64,000 nucleotides of DNA from Thermoplasmatales archaeon (lineage in GTDB: Archaea; Thermoplasmatota; Thermoplasmata; Thermoplasmatales; Thermoplasmataceae). The stretch is taken from NCBI GenBank assembly GCA_027310185.1, contig DAIDBH010000011.1, positions 64,001 through 128,000 on the forward strand. The letters run 5' to 3'. This document shows positions 60,954-64,000 of this stretch, piece after piece (position 1 is the stretch's first letter; each line of letters opens with the position of its first letter). The notes under the pieces are model-generated. The model made no database searches. It had not been told where the DNA came from and worked only from the letters and a program-made list of their open reading frames with translations. Made by a program: the position numbers and the translations under genes.

Positions 60954-60961
<8 letters not shown>
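60266..60961 (+). CDS. ribB: 3,4-dihydroxy-2-butanone-4-phosphate synthase
   Basis: D...REGETD, GGLIC, TGI.D.DR, PGHV, R.GHTE. Confidence 0.93.
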
Positions 60962-61876
<915 letters not shown>

Positions 61877-61890
61877 GGTGATGAAAAAAT

Positions 61891-62295
61891 ATGAAAATAG
61901 GAATAGTTGTATCGGAATATAATTATGATATTACGATGATGATGCTGGAAAGAGCCATAGATCATGTTAAATTTCTGGGTGGAGAAGTTTCAGAGGTACT
62001 TAAGGTACCGGGAACCTTCGAGATCCCACTGGGAGTAAAGAAACTCATCAATGGAGGAAATGTTGATGCAGTTGTTACACTTGGAGCAGTTATACAGGGA
62101 GAAACAGATCATGATGATATCATAATGCAGAACGCAGCAAGGAAAATCATGGATATATCCATCGAGACAGGAATGCCAGTATCATTGGGAATTACAGGTC
62201 CTGGACAGACGAGACTGCAGGCTGAAGCAAGAATCGAAAAGGCAAGAAGTGCAGTTGAAGCTGTTGTTAAAATGTTGAAAGGAAATAAGAATTAA
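61891..62295 (+). CDS. ribH: 6,7-dimethyl-8-ribityllumazine synthase
   Basis: IVVSEYN, VPGTFEIP, LGAVIQGET.H, PV.LGI. Confidence 0.95.
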   Translation: MKIGIVVSEYNYDITMMMLERAIDHVKFLGGEVSEVLKVPGTFEIPLGVKKLINGGNVDAVVTLGAVIQGETDHDDIIMQNAARKIMDISIETGMPVSLGITGPGQTRLQAEARIEKARSAVEAVVKMLKGNKN

Positions 62296-63185
62296 TTATT
62301 ATTTTCTTTTCTTATCTGTCCAAAAGTTGAACTTATTTCTGCAAAAGCATTGTGTGGGTGAATACTTTCTTCACTTTCAGATGATACCGTCAATTTAACA
62401 TCATCTTGAATTTCTGAAAAATTTCTTACAATATTGAATGAAATGTCTCTTACGATATCTTCAACAAACATTGGATTTAAATGGGCTCTGACAACCATCT
62501 CACCTTCATCTGATCTCTTCAGTAATGGAAGAAGTGAGCCATTCATCCTCTTTTCAACAAATTCTATAATACTCTTGATCTCAATATCCAGGTTACCAGT
62601 ATATTCAATTTTTATTACTATATGATTCCTCTGATTATGAGTTATTACTGGAATCTTATCAAGAATGTCAGAAGCCTCTGGAATCCTTTCCTTCAGTATT
62701 GTTCTGGCTGTTTCCATTGCACATGGGCATGCGTTTATTACCATGATTTCTACAGATAGAGATGTCTTGCTGGCTCCATTTCTCTCAAGTTCCGAATTCA
62801 CCCTGACTTCATAGGGAACAAGTGATTCGGACCCTCCAGATGCGTTCCTGTTGAGAAAGATTACTGTACTCATTTCAACCATGGCCTTGCTTGAATAGTC
62901 AAATCTTCTAAGACATTCCTTACATATTTCCATTGATACATGTTCAATGGCATCCTCATTTTTATGACCATTAATTACAGAATTGATTGATTCAATAGTT
63001 CGAGACATATCGGCACCCTTTCGCCAGGATGGAAGATTGACGAATACGTTAAGATTAACTGACAGATTAAAAACATCATCTCCTCTCCTTACCGTTATGG
63101 GTACCCTTACATTCCTTACGCCGACCCTTTCAACATTCAGGAGATGAACAGGCTTTCCACCCTGCACATCCTTGTATTTATCCAT
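62292..63185 (-). CDS. mptA: GTP cyclohydrolase MptA/FolE2 family
   Basis: DVQ, KGADMSR, ACPCA, THNQR, LLKR.DE, NPMFVED.VR, ESIHPHNA. Confidence 0.9.
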   Translation of the reverse strand: MDKYKDVQGGKPVHLLNVERVGVRNVRVPITVRRGDDVFNLSVNLNVFVNLPSWRKGADMSRTIESINSVINGHKNEDAIEHVSMEICKECLRRFDYSSKAMVEMSTVIFLNRNASGGSESLVPYEVRVNSELERNGASKTSLSVEIMVINACPCAMETARTILKERIPEASDILDKIPVITHNQRNHIVIKIEYTGNLDIEIKSIIEFVEKRMNGSLLPLLKRSDEGEMVVRAHLNPMFVEDIVRDISFNIVRNFSEIQDDVKLTVSSESEESIHPHNAFAEISSTFGQIRKENNN

Positions 63186-63194
63186 CCTTATTCC

Positions 63195-63554
63195 TTATTT
63201 TGTCTTACTTTCTGAATATGTTTTCTTAATAACTTCCTCTATTTCCTTGTATTTTTCTTCAAGGGCCTTCTGTTGTTTTTCAATGGTATTTATCCTTATC
63301 TCACTGAGCTCCTTCTGTTCCTTGAGTTCTTCAATCAGTTTGGTTTTGTCATCGACCTTATACAGTACAGGACCAACACTTCTGTATATTGGCATACCAT
63401 CAGCCACTTTCCCAAGTTCTTCAAGCGTCTTGGTAAGTTCTTTTATCCTTACTTCAAGCTGATATTTTTGAGTACCTATTTGTTCAATCTGGTTTTCGAT
63501 CTGTTGAGCCTGTCTTACTTGATTTTGTAAATAATTACTTATTCCCCCTTCCAC
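63195..63554 (-). CDS. pfdB: Prefoldin beta subunit
   Basis: Coiled coils flanking IYRSVG.VL. Confidence 0.93.
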   Translation of the reverse strand: MEGGISNYLQNQVRQAQQIENQIEQIGTQKYQLEVRIKELTKTLEELGKVADGMPIYRSVGPVLYKVDDKTKLIEELKEQKELSEIRINTIEKQQKALEEKYKEIEEVIKKTYSESKTK

Positions 63555-63797
63555 TTATTGCACCTCTTTAACTAACCTGTCTGCAATTAGAATCCATCTG
63601 GTTATCGAACCTAGTGCAGCTCTTATTGCAACAGTATCCATCGCTTCTATATAAATTTGAAAGAATTGTTCAGTTTCCTGAGTTTTTATATGTGTTCTTC
63701 CTGATATCTCATCGATATTTGGAAGCATTGCAAGTACCTGTTTTAGGTATATACTTTTTTCAAAGTTGAGCGTAACTGAGATCTTTTCTTCTCTCAC
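63555..63797 (-). CDS. pcc1: KEOPS complex subunit Pcc1
   Basis: I.IEA.D..AIRAA..S..RW motif; pcc1-pfdB gene order; GTG at 63797 chosen because the longer ORF runs over a tRNA. Confidence 0.75.
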   Translation of the reverse strand: MREEKISVTLNFEKSIYLKQVLAMLPNIDEISGRTHIKTQETEQFFQIYIEAMDTVAIRAALGSITRWILIADRLVKEVQ

Positions 63798-63853
63798 AAT
63801 TGGATATGCATTTAACTCAAAAATATTTATGCCAGTTAGTATTTTCCTTGCAT

Positions 63854-63928
63854 GGGCTTGTGGCCTAGTCTGGATAAGGCACCGTCCTTCTAAGTCGGTG
63901 ATCGTGGGTCCGAATCCCACCAAGCCCG
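63854..63928 (+). tRNA. tRNA-Arg(TCT)
   Basis: GGGCTTG/CAAGCCC acceptor, GCCT/AGGC D-stem, CT-TCT-AA anticodon loop, GTGGG/CCCAC T-stem. Confidence 0.9.
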
Positions 63929-64000
63929 CTGTTTGATTTTCTACAATTTTAATTACAAATAACAATATAGTGAAGTCATATATATTTCTAATTTAATGTA

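Noticed and set aside
63798-63965. N-terminal extension of the Pcc1 ORF in the ORF track
   Set aside because: It runs antisense across tRNA-Arg; an artefact of longest-ORF calling

Overview
Core-chromosome segment of a low-GC Thermoplasmatales archaeon. The proteasome beta subunit is close to the Thermoplasma enzyme; a Cuniculiplasma-like host is my inference. It holds about 65 CDSs: cysS-pncA-pncB, purC, psmB-aCPSF1, a ~15 kb glycosylation locus (GT2/GT4, three GT-C membrane proteins, Dol-P-Man synthase-GtrA fusion), a Btu/Fec ABC transporter, Lhr helicase-Toprim, pyrBI, class II HMG-CoA reductase, NOG1-gltX, late cobalamin genes, ribB-ribL-ribC-ribH and pcc1-pfdB-mptA. RNA genes are tRNA-Thr(GGT), tRNA-Ser(GCT), tRNA-Arg(TCT) and the SRP RNA. 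I saw no CRISPR array, transposase or integrase. Best leads: (1) an uncalled 25-aa poly-Asp peptide heading the Lhr-Toprim operon; (2) a double-RHH regulator coupled to what looks like a GTPase-dead FtsZ/tubulin-fold relic; (3) uncalled 36-aa basic and 53-aa acidic microproteins; (4) probable CTG and ATT start codons or a G-tract frameshift; (5) a GT2 gene broken by a single nonsense codon. All family calls come from motif recognition by eye, not database searches.
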